Shown: positions 47,430 to 57,567, numbered from the stretch's first letter. The stretch is 64,000 bases of DNA from an uncultured Gemmatimonadaceae bacterium (GCA_963761305.1 CAVXGK010000001.1:96001-160000), one strand, 5' to 3'. Notes: generated by a model not told the origin, from the letters alone. Program-made: numbers and translations.

Positions 47430-48968
47430 ATGACCGCACCTGCGGGTTTTCTCGAGTTTTTCATCCTGGAAGCGAGCGAATACGTCGAGCAGCTCGACGG
47501 TCTTCTGCTCGGCGCCGGCGCGTCCGGCCCGGACAGCGCCGCGTTCCAGCGAACGGCGCGCGCGCTCCGCGGTACGGCGACGATGGCGCGTCTCGCGCCT
47601 TTCGCCGAAGTCGCGGCGGCGCTGGAGCGAGTTGGCCGTGTGCTGCAGGAGGGCGCGCTGCGCTGGGAGCCGGCGCTCCGCGGTGCTCTCGTCGCGGCGG
47701 TCGACGACCTGAAGGTCCTGCTGCACGCGGTGCGCGCCTGGTCCCCGAGCGAAGACTCGCGTGCCCGCGCTCGCGCGGCGGAGCTGTCGAAATTCCTGCC
47801 GGGAGCGGCCAGCCCGGCGCCGGCACCCGCCGCCACGGCGACGGCCGCGCCCTTCCTCGCCGGCGAGGCGGCCAACATCGCGGCTGGGCTCGAGCTGCTC
47901 ACGACCCGCCCGGGCGACATCACGACGGCGGCGAACGTCCTCAAACGCGTCCGGGCGCTGCGTGGCGTCGCCGGCGTGGCGAGCGTCGCGTCGCTGGCCG
48001 ACGCGCTCGAAGCGACGGAGGACGCGGCGCGCGGACTCGAAACCGGCAACGAAGGCATGACGCCCCAAGCACGCGCGCTGCTGGAAGCTTCGGCGGCGCA
48101 CCTGCGAACGCTGTCCGCCGTGATGCGCGGTGGCGGCGACGTGAACGGCCCCGGTCCCACACGCGACGCCTTCAACACGGCGCTCGAGGCGTGGAATTCG
48201 AGCACGAGCGAGCGCGAGCGCGTCGTTCCGATCGCGCAGCTGTTCTACGGTGACAGCGAAGGCTTGGTCGAGACGGCGGCCGCGCCGCCCACGTCGGCGG
48301 CCGAACGATTCCGGCTCGAGCTGGTGAGTCAGGGCGAGCATCTGCGCGAGGTCGTCGCGTCGGCGCGCCAGGCGAGAGATTCGACGTCCATCTCGCGCGC
48401 CCAGCGCGACCTTCGGCGCGCGATGCGCGCGCTGCAAGCCGCCGCCGAGAGCTTCGGGGAGAGCGACGTCGCGACGCTCATCGCGCAGCGGATGGACTCG
48501 TTGAGCCACCTCGATCCACGCTCGTTCCAGATCGACGCGCACGTGTTGGACGACCTGAATTCCGTCGCCGCGGCGCTCACCGATGCCACCGCGCCCAGCA
48601 TGGATCTGCGGACGCGGCTGCGGGCGATCGCCGCGAAGACGGCCGCGCGCATGCCGACGCCTCCGCGTCCCGCGCCAACCCCCGCTCGGCCCGTCGAGCC
48701 GGCGCGCATGCGCACACCGGCCCGGATTGCCGCGCTGCTCGACTCGAGCATCCTGGCAATCGAGTCGTTGAGCGGGCAGCCGCTCGCCCGCGCCGTGGAG
48801 ATTCCTGAAGACGCGCTGGTGCCGATCGACTCGCTGCTCTACCGCGGACGCGCCGCGCTCGACCGCGCGCTCGAGATTCGCGACGAGCTCAAGCGATCGG
48901 GCAAGCCGGCCGACAAGTCGTCCCTCGACGAGCTGTTCGAGCTGATCGACCTCGCGCGCTCGGAGTAG
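47430..48968 (+). CDS. Hpt-like domain protein (phospho-acceptor His apparently absent)
   Basis: 'LEFFILEASEYVEQL...ARALRGTATMA' and a second Hpt-like helix bundle. Confidence 0.7.
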   Translation: MTAPAGFLEFFILEASEYVEQLDGLLLGAGASGPDSAAFQRTARALRGTATMARLAPFAEVAAALERVGRVLQEGALRWEPALRGALVAAVDDLKVLLHAVRAWSPSEDSRARARAAELSKFLPGAASPAPAPAATATAAPFLAGEAANIAAGLELLTTRPGDITTAANVLKRVRALRGVAGVASVASLADALEATEDAARGLETGNEGMTPQARALLEASAAHLRTLSAVMRGGGDVNGPGPTRDAFNTALEAWNSSTSERERVVPIAQLFYGDSEGLVETAAAPPTSAAERFRLELVSQGEHLREVVASARQARDSTSISRAQRDLRRAMRALQAAAESFGESDVATLIAQRMDSLSHLDPRSFQIDAHVLDDLNSVAAALTDATAPSMDLRTRLRAIAAKTAARMPTPPRPAPTPARPVEPARMRTPARIAALLDSSILAIESLSGQPLARAVEIPEDALVPIDSLLYRGRAALDRALEIRDELKRSGKPADKSSLDELFELIDLARSE

Positions 48969-48973
48969 CCCGA

Positions 48974-49989
48974 ATGAAGTTCGGCTGGCGCGGCGCACTG
49001 GGAATCCTCGTCAGCGTCGCGTTTCTCTACTTCGCGTTCCGCAACCTGGACTGGTCGCGCGCGCGAGAGATGGCGCGCCACGCGGACTACGGACTGTTGA
49101 TCCTCAGCGCGGCGGTCGCCACCTGCATGTTTCCGCTGCGCGCGCGACGGTGGCGAACGATTCTCGATCCGGTTGCGCCGAAACTGCCGTTCGGCCCACT
49201 CTGGCGGTCCACCGCCATCGGCGTGATGGTGACGAACGTGATCCCGCTGCGTGCCGGCGAGCTCGCGCGGCCGCTCGCGCTCACGCGGCAGGTGCCGTCG
49301 GTGAGCTTTTCCACGGCGCTCGCCTCCGTTGCCGTGGACCGCGTGTTCGACGGGATCGTGGTCATGGTGCTCCTCGCCGTGGGAGTGGCGATCGCGCACT
49401 TCCCGACCAGTACGACGATCGCCGGCTACTCGCTCGCCCACGCGGCGGGATTCGTCGTGCTCGGCGCGCTCGCGTTGCTCGTCGCCTTTTACATCCTCGT
49501 CTTCTTTCCGAAAACGCTCATTCGAGCGTTCGAGCTCGTCGCGCGACGCGTCTCGCCGACGATCGAACGGCGCGGCGCCGAGATGCTGGCGCGCTTCTCC
49601 GAAGGGACTGAGCGTCCTCACGCACGCCGGGACATTTCATCGCCGTGTTCGGATGGACGCTCGCGCACTGGCTCGTCCAACCGCTCGCCTTCTGGCTCGC
49701 GTTCCGCGCCGTCGGCGTGAACGTGCCGCTCGCCGCCACGCTCATCGTGCAGGGCGTGATCGTGATTCTCGTGGCGCTGCCGTCGGCACCTGGGTTCTTC
49801 GGCGCGTTCGAAGCCGGCGCCGCGATCGGCCTTTCACTCTACGGCGTGGGCCAGTCGGAGGCCGCGACGTGGGCGCTCCTCTTCCACATCGCGTCGTACA
49901 TTCCGATCACGCTGATCGGCGGGTACTACGCGCTGCAACTCGGGTTCTCGCTCGGCGACATGCGCGCGCCGCCGTCCGACTCGACTTGA
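48974..49989 (+). CDS. Lysylphosphatidylglycerol-synthase TM (flippase-like) protein; two apparent +1 frameshifts near 49605 and 49630
   Basis: 'RARRW', 'P.RAGELARP', 'DRVFDG', 'PSAPGFFGAFE' distributed over different frames. Confidence 0.85.
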
Positions 49990-50871
49990 CCGCCACCGCG
50001 CGCGTCGCCGCGCAGGCCAAGGTCAATCTCTTTCTCGACGTCGGCGCGCGGGACGCGACCGGCTATCACGCGCTCGAGACCGCGTTTCTGCGCATCGATC
50101 TCGCCGACGACGTCACGGTGCGTGAAGCGCCGGGCCGAACGCTCGACGTGAGCGGCCCCGCGCTCCCCGCCGCCGGCCTGGGCCCAACAGAAGAAGAACC
50201 TCGCGTATCGCGCCGCCGCGGCGTACAGCGAGGCGGCCGGATGGCCCTCCGGGTTCGCGATCGAGCTGATCAAGCGAATTCCGGCCGGCGCGGGGCTCGG
50301 CGGCGGCAGTGCCGACGCGGGTGCGGTCCTTCGCGCCCTCGACGCGCTGTCGCCCCGCCCACTGGGCCCGCGACTCGTTGAGCTCGCGGCTACGCTCGGC
50401 GCCGACGTGCCGTTCATGACGATCGAGGATCCGATGGCGCTGGCATTCGGACGTGGCGACCGGCTCAAGCCCGTGCCCGCGCTCGAGCCACGCGTCATCG
50501 TTCTCGCCGTGCCGCCGTTCGCCATCGGGACGGCAGACGCCTACGCGTGGCTCGACGCGGATCGCGCGGCACAGCCTGACGCGAGGCGGCCGCGCACGGC
50601 TGAGCCTTTGGCGACCTGGGACGACGCGGCCGCGGCGGCGCGCAACGACTTCGCGGCGGTGGTCGCTCGTCGTCATCCCGAGATCGGCGCCATGCGCGAG
50701 GGTTTTCGCGCGGCCGGAGCGGCGATTGCACTGCTCGCCGGCTCGGGATCCACGGTTTTCGGCATTTTCGGCGCGGCGCCGGCCGTCTCTTCGATGAAGG
50801 TCGGCGACAACGTTCGCATGATCAGCACGTGGACGAGCGATCGAGTTGAACGGGTGACCGTGGAACAGTAG
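49986..50871 (+). CDS. ispE: 4-diphosphocytidyl-2-C-methyl-D-erythritol kinase; apparent +1 frameshift near 50190
   Basis: 'AKVNLFL', then 'KNLAYRAA...KRIPAGAGLGGGSADA', 'LGADVPF', 'GSGSTVF'. Confidence 0.92.
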
Positions 50872-50885
50872 CTTTAAAGGCTCGC

Positions 50886-50956
50886 TGCCCCCTCGTCCAA
50901 TGGCAGGACATCGGACTTTGGATCCGAGAATGGTGGTTCGAATCCACCGGGGGCAA
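50886..50956 (+). tRNA. tRNA-Gln (anticodon TTG)
   Basis: Acceptor TGCCCCC/GGGGGCA, anticodon arm TCGGA-ctTTGga-TCCGA, GGTTCGAATCC; typical ispE-tRNA-Gln-prs order. Confidence 0.97.
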
Positions 50957-51065
50957 TGACGCGAGCTCTGCGGCAAGGAAATGGATGCGCTCCGCGTCCG
51001 CCTCCGCATAAGCTTTCCGCGAACCCGCTCGTCCGATGCTCACCGCCCAAGCCCCCGCGCCGCGC

Positions 51066-52019
51066 ATGGATGGATTAGCCGTACCGAGCCACGGCCTCAA
51101 GCTGCTCGCCGGGACGGCCAATCGGCCGCTCGCCGAGGAGATCGCGCGCAACCTGGGCGTCGATCTCTGTCGCGTGAACCTCGGCCGGTTCGCCGACGGC
51201 GAGATCTCCGTCCGCATCGACGAAAACGTGCGCGGCAACGACGTCTTCATTTTCCAGCCGACGAATCCGCCGGCCGAGAACGTGATGGAGCTGCTGCTGC
51301 TGATCGACGCGGCGCGACGCGCGTCGGCGGCGCGCATCACGTGCGTCATGCCGTACTACGGCTACGCTCGACAGGATCGAAAGGACCAGCCCCGCGTGCC
51401 GATCGGCGCCAAGCTGATGGCGAACATGATCCAGGCGGCCGGCGTCGACCGTGTGCTCGGCGTCGATTTCCACCAGCACCAGTTGCAGGGCTTCTTCGAC
51501 GTGCCGGTGGATCACCTGTACGCCATGCCCGTGTTCACGGCGCACTATCGCAAGATGCAGCTCAACGAGCCGGTGGTCGTCGCCCCGGACGTAGGCTCGG
51601 CGAAGATGGCGCGCGGTTTCGCGAAGCGCCTGAACGCCACGCTGGCCATCATCGACAAGCGGCGGCCGCAGCCGAACGTGTCCGAGGTCGTGAACGTGGT
51701 CGGCGACGTGGAAGGACACGATTGCATCCTCGTCGACGACATGATCGACACCGCCGGGACCGTGAGCGAGGCGGCGCGGGCTCTGCGCAATCTCGGTGCG
51801 AAAGACATCTATATTTGTGCGACGCACGCGCTGCTCTCCGGACCGGCGCGCGCGCGTCTCAACGACGCGCCGATCAAGGAAGTCGCGGTCACGGACACGA
51901 TCGCGATCCCCGAAGAGCGACGGCCCAACAAGCTGTTCGTGCTGTCGGTCGGCGAGCTGCTCTCCAAGGCGATTCGGTTCACGCACGCGGAGCAGTCGGT
52001 CAGTTCTTTGTTCGATTAG
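51066..52019 (+). CDS. prs: Ribose-phosphate pyrophosphokinase
   Basis: 'FADGEI', 'PYYGYARQDRK', 'LVDDMIDTAGT'. Confidence 0.98.
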   Translation: MDGLAVPSHGLKLLAGTANRPLAEEIARNLGVDLCRVNLGRFADGEISVRIDENVRGNDVFIFQPTNPPAENVMELLLLIDAARRASAARITCVMPYYGYARQDRKDQPRVPIGAKLMANMIQAAGVDRVLGVDFHQHQLQGFFDVPVDHLYAMPVFTAHYRKMQLNEPVVVAPDVGSAKMARGFAKRLNATLAIIDKRRPQPNVSEVVNVVGDVEGHDCILVDDMIDTAGTVSEAARALRNLGAKDIYICATHALLSGPARARLNDAPIKEVAVTDTIAIPEERRPNKLFVLSVGELLSKAIRFTHAEQSVSSLFD

Positions 52020-52020
52020 A

Positions 52021-52054
52021 GACGTCTGACGTCAGAAATCTGACATCAGACGTC
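52021..52054. terminator. Hairpin after prs built of 7-bp units (possible terminator)
   Basis: GACGTCTGA-c-GTCAGA-aa-TCTGAC-a-TCAGACGTC. Confidence 0.5.
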
Positions 52055-52087
52055 GGATTTCTCAGGCGGTTTGAAAGACTGTAGGAA

Positions 52088-52147
52088 CTCGCACCTGTCT
52101 CATGGTAGGGAGGACGCAGCCTCCCGAGAGTAGACGGACGGCGCGAG
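52088..52147 (+). promoter_or_regulatory. Putative L25-binding leader RNA mimicking 5S rRNA loop E
   Basis: ATGGTAG-GGAGG-loop-CCTCC-CGAGAGTAG within a longer stem, 40 nt upstream of rplY. Confidence 0.75.
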
Positions 52148-52187
52148 CGGGCTGCGATGGGTCGACGTTCAGACGGAATTCACTGAA

Positions 52188-52853
52188 ATGGCAACAGCAT
52201 CTTTGAAGGCAACGGTACGAAGCGGCGCCGGAACGGGTGACGCCCGCAAGCTCCGGCAGGCCGGCACGATCCCGGCGATCATCTACGGCCACGGGCGCGA
52301 CCCGCAGAGCCTGTCGCTCGAAGGACGAGAAGTCGAGAAGCTCCTCAGCACGATCTCGGCGGCCAGCACCGTCATCGAGCTCGCGGTCGACGGCACCACG
52401 GCCCGCACGCTGATCCGCGAGGTCCAGCGCCACCCGGTGCGGCGCAACATCATGCACATCGACTTCCAGCAGCTGGTGGCCGGCGAGAAGGTCACGGTGA
52501 GCGTCCGCATTCGCTTCACCGGCACGGCCGACGGCGTTCGCAACTCCGGCGGCATCCTCGCCGAGACGATGCATGAAATCTCCGTTCGCTGCGATCCGTC
52601 GCTGATCCCGGAGTACGTCGAGGTCGACGTCACGCCGCTCACGATCGGGCACAGCATCCACGTGCGCGATCTCAAGCTCCCCGAGGGAGTGCAGGTGCTC
52701 GACGAGCCGAGCGCAACGGTGTGCGTCTGCACCGTGCCTGCCGCGGCGATCGAGGAGGCCAAGCCGGCCGAAGGCGCCGAGCCCACAGCGGCGGCCGAGC
52801 CCGAGCTCATCCGAAAGGTGAAGCCCGAGGACGAGGAAGAAGAAGCCAAGTAA
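52188..52853 (+). CDS. rplY: 50S ribosomal protein L25/Ctc
   Basis: 'RKLRQAGTIPAIIYG', 'VQRHPV..IMHIDF', 'GHSIHVRDL'. Confidence 0.97.
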   Translation: MATASLKATVRSGAGTGDARKLRQAGTIPAIIYGHGRDPQSLSLEGREVEKLLSTISAASTVIELAVDGTTARTLIREVQRHPVRRNIMHIDFQQLVAGEKVTVSVRIRFTGTADGVRNSGGILAETMHEISVRCDPSLIPEYVEVDVTPLTIGHSIHVRDLKLPEGVQVLDEPSATVCVCTVPAAAIEEAKPAEGAEPTAAAEPELIRKVKPEDEEEEAK

Positions 52854-52936
52854 TTGGCGTCGTGCTGCGATTTCTCTTCAGGCGCGGACGCTCGGCCACA
52901 CCGGCCGTCGAGTCCGCGCCGCGCGACGACGAAGCC

Positions 52937-53527
52937 ATGAAAGTCATTGTCGGGCTCGGAAACCCCGGAAAGGAATACGAGCGCACGCGACACAACGTCG
53001 GCTGGTGGGTCGTCGACCACCTCGCCGACGTTTGGCGTTTCGACGCGTGGAAGCGCGACGGCGAAGCGCGCGTCACGAGCGGGTTGGTGGGGCGAACCCG
53101 CGTGCGCCTCGTGAAGCCGCACACGTACATGAACCTGAGCGGATCCGTGCTGCGGCCCTATCTCCGCCGTCCGGCGTGGTCGGCCGCGGCTGACCTGATG
53201 ATCGTCGTCGACGAAGTCGCGCTGGCGCTGGGACGCTATCGCTTTCGCGCCAACGGAAGCGCCGGCGGCCACAACGGATTGAAGAGCATCGAGGCCGCCG
53301 TCGGGTCGCAGGACTATCCACGTCTCCGCATTGGCATCGCTCCCGAGGATCCGCGCCGCCGCGGCACTTTGAGCGACTTCGTGCTCGACGACTTCGGCAA
53401 GCACGAAGCCGACGCCGTGCTGGCGTTGATGCCGACGCTCACGTCGGCTCTGGAGCTCTGGATCTCGAGCGGCATCACTCCCGTCATGAATCGCTTCACC
53501 GGAGCGGCCACGGCCGCCGATGAATAA
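52937..53527 (+). CDS. pth: Peptidyl-tRNA hydrolase
   Basis: 'VGLGNPG..Y..TRHNVG', 'KPHTYMNLSG', 'GGHNGLKS'. Confidence 0.97.
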   Translation: MKVIVGLGNPGKEYERTRHNVGWWVVDHLADVWRFDAWKRDGEARVTSGLVGRTRVRLVKPHTYMNLSGSVLRPYLRRPAWSAAADLMIVVDEVALALGRYRFRANGSAGGHNGLKSIEAAVGSQDYPRLRIGIAPEDPRRRGTLSDFVLDDFGKHEADAVLALMPTLTSALELWISSGITPVMNRFTGAATAADE

Positions 53528-53533
53528 ACCAGA

Positions 53534-54640
53534 ATGCTGAGACTTGGAATCGTCGGGCTGCCCAACGTCGGCAAATCCACCCTGTTCAACGCGCTGACGT
53601 CGGCCGGGGTGCTGGCCGCGAACTATCCGTTCGCCACCAAGGACCCGAACGTCGGACGCGTGAACGTCCCCGATCCGCGGCTCGACGTGCTGGCCGGCAT
53701 CGTGCGCCCCGAGCGCGTCGTGCCGGCGGTCGTCGAATTCGTCGACATCGCGGGTCTCGTCAAGGGCGCGTCGCAGGGCGAAGGGCTCGGCAACCAATTT
53801 CTCGCCAACATCCGCGAGACCGACGCCGTCGTGCACGTGGTGCGCGCGTTCGACGACGACGACGTGCTGCACGTGATGGGCGCCGTCGACCCGGTGCGCG
53901 ATCGCGAGGTAATCGAGTTCGAGCTCGCCCTGGCCGACCTGTCGATCGTGGAGAAGCGGCTCGACCGCGTGCGCCGCGCGGCCAAGACGGGTGACAAGGA
54001 AGCGCTGGCGGAATTGGGAGCGCTCGAGGCCGCGCACGCCGAGCTCAAAGAAGGCCGCGCCCTGTGGCACGCGCGACTCGCCGACGCACATCGTCGCACG
54101 CTGGCGCCGCTCTCGCTGCTCACGCTCAAGCCCGTCCTCTACGCGGCGAACGTGACCGACGCCGAGCTCTCGGGCGCGGAACACGAGGGCGCGCACATTG
54201 CGAAACTGCGTCGCGCCATCTCCGACAGTGGAGAGCCGGCCGAAGTCGTTCCCTTCTCCGCCAAGATCGAAGCGGAGCTGGCCGATCTCCCCGAGGAGGA
54301 CCGCCAGGCGTTTCTCGAATCGCTCGGCCTGGAGTCGGCCGGGCTCGATCGCCTGATCCGCGCCGGATACCACCTGCTGGGCCTCCAGACGTACTTCACC
54401 GCGGGCGAGCAGGAAGCCCGCGCCTGGACGATTCACCGCGGCGACACGGCGCCCGTCGCGGCCGGCGTCATTCACACAGATTTCGAGCGCGGCTTCATCC
54501 GCGCCGAGACGGTGGGCTACGACGAGTTCGTGGCGAACGACGGGTGGAAGGGCGCGCGCGAGAAGGGCGTTGTCAGGTCGGAAGGCAAGGAATACGTCGT
54601 CAAGGACGGGGACGTGATGCTTTTCCGCTTCAACGTTTAG
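53534..54640 (+). CDS. ychF: Redox-regulated ATPase YchF
   Basis: 'GIVGLPNVGKSTLFN', 'DIAGLVKGASQGEGLGNQFL', 'EGKEYVVKDGDV'. Confidence 0.98.
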   Translation: MLRLGIVGLPNVGKSTLFNALTSAGVLAANYPFATKDPNVGRVNVPDPRLDVLAGIVRPERVVPAVVEFVDIAGLVKGASQGEGLGNQFLANIRETDAVVHVVRAFDDDDVLHVMGAVDPVRDREVIEFELALADLSIVEKRLDRVRRAAKTGDKEALAELGALEAAHAELKEGRALWHARLADAHRRTLAPLSLLTLKPVLYAANVTDAELSGAEHEGAHIAKLRRAISDSGEPAEVVPFSAKIEAELADLPEEDRQAFLESLGLESAGLDRLIRAGYHLLGLQTYFTAGEQEARAWTIHRGDTAPVAAGVIHTDFERGFIRAETVGYDEFVANDGWKGAREKGVVRSEGKEYVVKDGDVMLFRFNV

Positions 54641-54834
54641 AAACGCCAAAACGTCGGTTAACATCGCCGTTTGGCCGGTTAGATTGCCGCTTTCCCCCCG
54701 AATGCAGTCCGAAGATCGCCGACTTTGATCGGCCGGTCCGGCACACATTCGCACACCTGGTACGTCATTCGACGTATGGGCGGTGGCATCGTGAGATCGT
54801 AGCGTCGCGTTGACCTCAAGCCTGAGGAATCGCC

Positions 54835-55185
54835 ATGCGCCACTTTCGCGTCGTGCTGCTGCTCTTCACCGCCGCATGCAATTCAGACGCGTTCGGGGTC
54901 ACGCATCCGGCTGACGCCGGGGGCGCTTGGAACCTGCGGACGATCGGTGGGCAGCCGTTGCCCGTGACCATCCAACTGCTCACCGCTGAGGACTCGCTTG
55001 TCGTTCTGAGATCAGTCCTGACGCTTTACGCTGACGGCTCCTACTCCGAGATTGCCTCGGGTCGACTCGTGTCCTCTGGAGCGCCCGACACCGTCAGGGA
55101 CGGCGGAACGTGGGAAAGCGGCCTCAATGAGACTGACGTCATTTTCCTCACGACGATTTATGGCCCGTCCGCGAGGCTTGGCTGA
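54835..55185 (+). CDS. Hypothetical lipoprotein (lipocalin-like beta strands; possibly truncated)
   Basis: Lipobox TAAC; 'GAWNLRTIGGQPLP'; GAGGA RBS. Confidence 0.6.
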   Translation: MRHFRVVLLLFTAACNSDAFGVTHPADAGGAWNLRTIGGQPLPVTIQLLTAEDSLVVLRSVLTLYADGSYSEIASGRLVSSGAPDTVRDGGTWESGLNETDVIFLTTIYGPSARLG

Positions 55186-55514
55186 GTCTCCGACGACTCT
55201 TTGTCGACCTGGGGCAACCCATGGGTCGGGTCGACACTGGTCTACCGCCGTTGAACGTTCTCGAGCGAGGGCCAATCGCGCCCCGAAAAGCGAGCCCAAT
55301 CGGAACACGCCAGGCACAGCCGAAACGCAAGAGACGGCCTGACAAGGCGTTAGAAAAGTGTCACGCGCCCCCCGCTTCAACGTCTGAATCGTCACAACAA
55401 GCGGACAGATCCCTACAAGGGGCCGTTGAACCCATTTTCGGGCACAAGCGTAGTATTTGCAGAGGCATTAAGCGGCGATCTCTGCCGCTGGCCTCTCCTC
55501 CTACTGAGAACGCT

Positions 55515-56501
55515 GTGATCCTTCCCGGTCTTGGGCTTGTCGTTCGTGGCGCCATGCTGGTGCTCGGCATCGCGGCGGTGTTTCCCGCCGGCGCCGGGGA
55601 CATGCGCTCGCACCCCAACCCGGCCGCGAACTACGACGAGGCCGTCGCGCGTGCGAGACAGATCATCGCGGCCGACTCGGCCGTCGCCGCGCCTGGGGGC
55701 GAGTCGATTCTCCTCGTGCACGGGGCGAAGACGCCGCGCGCCGTCGTGCTGCTGCATGGGTTCACCGATTCACCCCATCAATTCGCCGCGCTCGCCGACT
55801 CTCTCTACGCGCTCGGCGACAACGTCTTCGTTCCGCGACTGCCGCATCACGCGGAGCGCGGCCGCGACGCGCGCGAGTTGTCCCGACTCTCGGCTGCGGA
55901 TTTGTGCCGGACCGGCGACGCGTCGGTAGACGTGGCGGCCGGACTCGGGGACTCGGTGATCGTGGCGGGACTGAGTGTCGGTGGAACGATCGCCGCCTGG
56001 GTTGCCGAACATCGGCCGGAGGTCACGCGGGCGGTCGTCATCGCGCCGCCGTTCGAGGTGACGCACCTCCCGGCCGTCCTCGAAAAGTCGGTCGTGAACT
56101 TGAGCTCGCACGTGCCGAACGTGACGCGCCGCGAGCCCGCCGACTCCGGGCGTCCCGATCGAGATCCGGGCTACACGACGCACGCGCTCGCGCAGGTGCT
56201 CAAGCTCGGCATGGTGGTGCGCCGGGACGCGAGCCGCGACGTGCCGTCGCGCGCCGAGGTGCTGTTCCTCGTGAACGCGAACGACGGCACGGTGAAGACG
56301 GCGCCCGTGCTGGACCTCGCTCGCCTGTGGAACGACCGCGGGGTTGCGGTTTCGGTATTCGAGTTCCCTGATTCCCTGCGCCTCGCCCACAACGTCCTCG
56401 ACCCCATCAAGCAGCGTTCCGACGCCGATGCGGTGTACCCCACGCTCGAAGCCCTCGCCCATGGACAAAGTCCGCCGGCCTGGCTCCGAGCGCGTTTCTA
56501 G
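55515..56501 (+). CDS. Alpha/beta-hydrolase (carboxylesterase-like)
   Basis: 'LLHGFTDSP', nucleophile GLSVGG, late Asp and His. Confidence 0.88.
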   Translation: MILPGLGLVVRGAMLVLGIAAVFPAGAGDMRSHPNPAANYDEAVARARQIIAADSAVAAPGGESILLVHGAKTPRAVVLLHGFTDSPHQFAALADSLYALGDNVFVPRLPHHAERGRDARELSRLSAADLCRTGDASVDVAAGLGDSVIVAGLSVGGTIAAWVAEHRPEVTRAVVIAPPFEVTHLPAVLEKSVVNLSSHVPNVTRREPADSGRPDRDPGYTTHALAQVLKLGMVVRRDASRDVPSRAEVLFLVNANDGTVKTAPVLDLARLWNDRGVAVSVFEFPDSLRLAHNVLDPIKQRSDADAVYPTLEALAHGQSPPAWLRARF

Positions 56502-56529
56502 GCGTTTCTAGCCGTTGGCGGACGGTCGT

Positions 56530-56922
56530 CTAGCGAATGACGACGTTGCTCTGCGCGAGCACCGCGCCGACCGTGAACACGACACTCTGTCCCGGACCGA
56601 CGGCGACCGACCCGGTCGAGGCGCGGCCGGTGCCGCCGATCGGCACCGCGATCAGGCTAAAGTCGCGCGACCCGATCGCCCCATCGAGCAGGAAGTGACG
56701 GCTGCCGTTCCCGGTGACCGTCCCGAGCCGCGTGGAAATCCCGTCGACGATCGAGAAGACGTCCACGTCGAGAAAGTTTTGGTTTCTGACGTCCAGCCCA
56801 ACGTCGCTCGCGGGTACGACGTCGCCTCCAGCCGTAGCGGCGTAGCCACTGCTTCCGCAGGCCGAGACGCCCGCCGCGGCTCCAACGGCGAGCACGACGG
56901 CTATGATTCTCAGGTTCTTCAT
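56530..56922 (-). CDS. Hypothetical lipoprotein
   Basis: Lipobox VSAC; GGAGGA RBS. Confidence 0.75.
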   Translation of the reverse strand: MKNLRIIAVVLAVGAAAGVSACGSSGYAATAGGDVVPASDVGLDVRNQNFLDVDVFSIVDGISTRLGTVTGNGSRHFLLDGAIGSRDFSLIAVPIGGTGRASTGSVAVGPGQSVVFTVGAVLAQSNVVIR

Positions 56923-57137
56923 AAATGTCCTCCGCATTTATTTAGCAAGCGGGGCGCTAAGAACGCCCCGGAGGCATAGAGAAGGGCATCTGTGGTGCCA
57001 GGGGACCACTTGACTTGCGGGAACCCTGGATGCGAGGCCGCTTGCGTCAAACACACGATGCGGCTGACTTGAGATAATTCGTTGCGCCGATTATGATTAG
57101 CGAGCTGGGCGCACATCGCGCGCAGCCACAAACGTTC

Positions 57138-57187
57138 CCCTCCCCTCGCTCCGGCAACCAGCGAGAGGCGGTCAGACCAAAGGGAGG
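57138..57187 (+). promoter_or_regulatory. Putative S6:S18 ribosomal-protein leader
   Basis: CCTCCC can pair with the SD GGGAGG, enclosing a CTCGCT/AGCGAG hairpin and an unpaired ACCA just before the SD. Confidence 0.6.
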
Positions 57188-57198
57188 ATTGCCTGCGC

Positions 57199-57567
57199 AT
57201 GACGCGCCATTACGAGGCGGTGTACGTCTTCGACTCGACCCTCGAAGACGCCGCGATCACCGAGAAGCTCGGTCGACTGCATGGACTGCTCGGCAACCCG
57301 GGCGACCTGCAAGTGAATCACTGGGGCCGGCGACAGCTCGCCTACCCGATCGGCCGGCGCGAGTCCGGCTACTACGCCGTCGCGAGATTTACGATCGACG
57401 CGACGACGCTTCCCGAATACGAACGCGCGATCAAGCTCGACGACGGCATCGTCCGTCACCTGATCACGCTCTTCGAGAACGAGCTCGGCGCTCCGCCGAT
57501 GTCGGAAGAGGAGATCGCCGCCGCCAACCGTCGTCGCGAGTCGGACGACGACGACGACGAGGAATAG
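57199..57567 (+). CDS. rpsF: 30S ribosomal protein S6
   Basis: 'YE...', 'WGRRQLAYPI', 'GYY'. Confidence 0.96.
   Translation: MTRHYEAVYVFDSTLEDAAITEKLGRLHGLLGNPGDLQVNHWGRRQLAYPIGRRESGYYAVARFTIDATTLPEYERAIKLDDGIVRHLITLFENELGAPPMSEEEIAAANRRRESDDDDDEE

Noticed and set aside
49986..50871. Programmed frameshifting or pseudogene for ispE
   Set aside because: No canonical slippery heptamer; it is one of several nearby single-base insertions better explained by sequencing error.
52060..52170. 5S rRNA gene
   Set aside because: Only the loop E arm matches; the other 5S helices and loop C are not recognisable, and there is no rRNA operon context.
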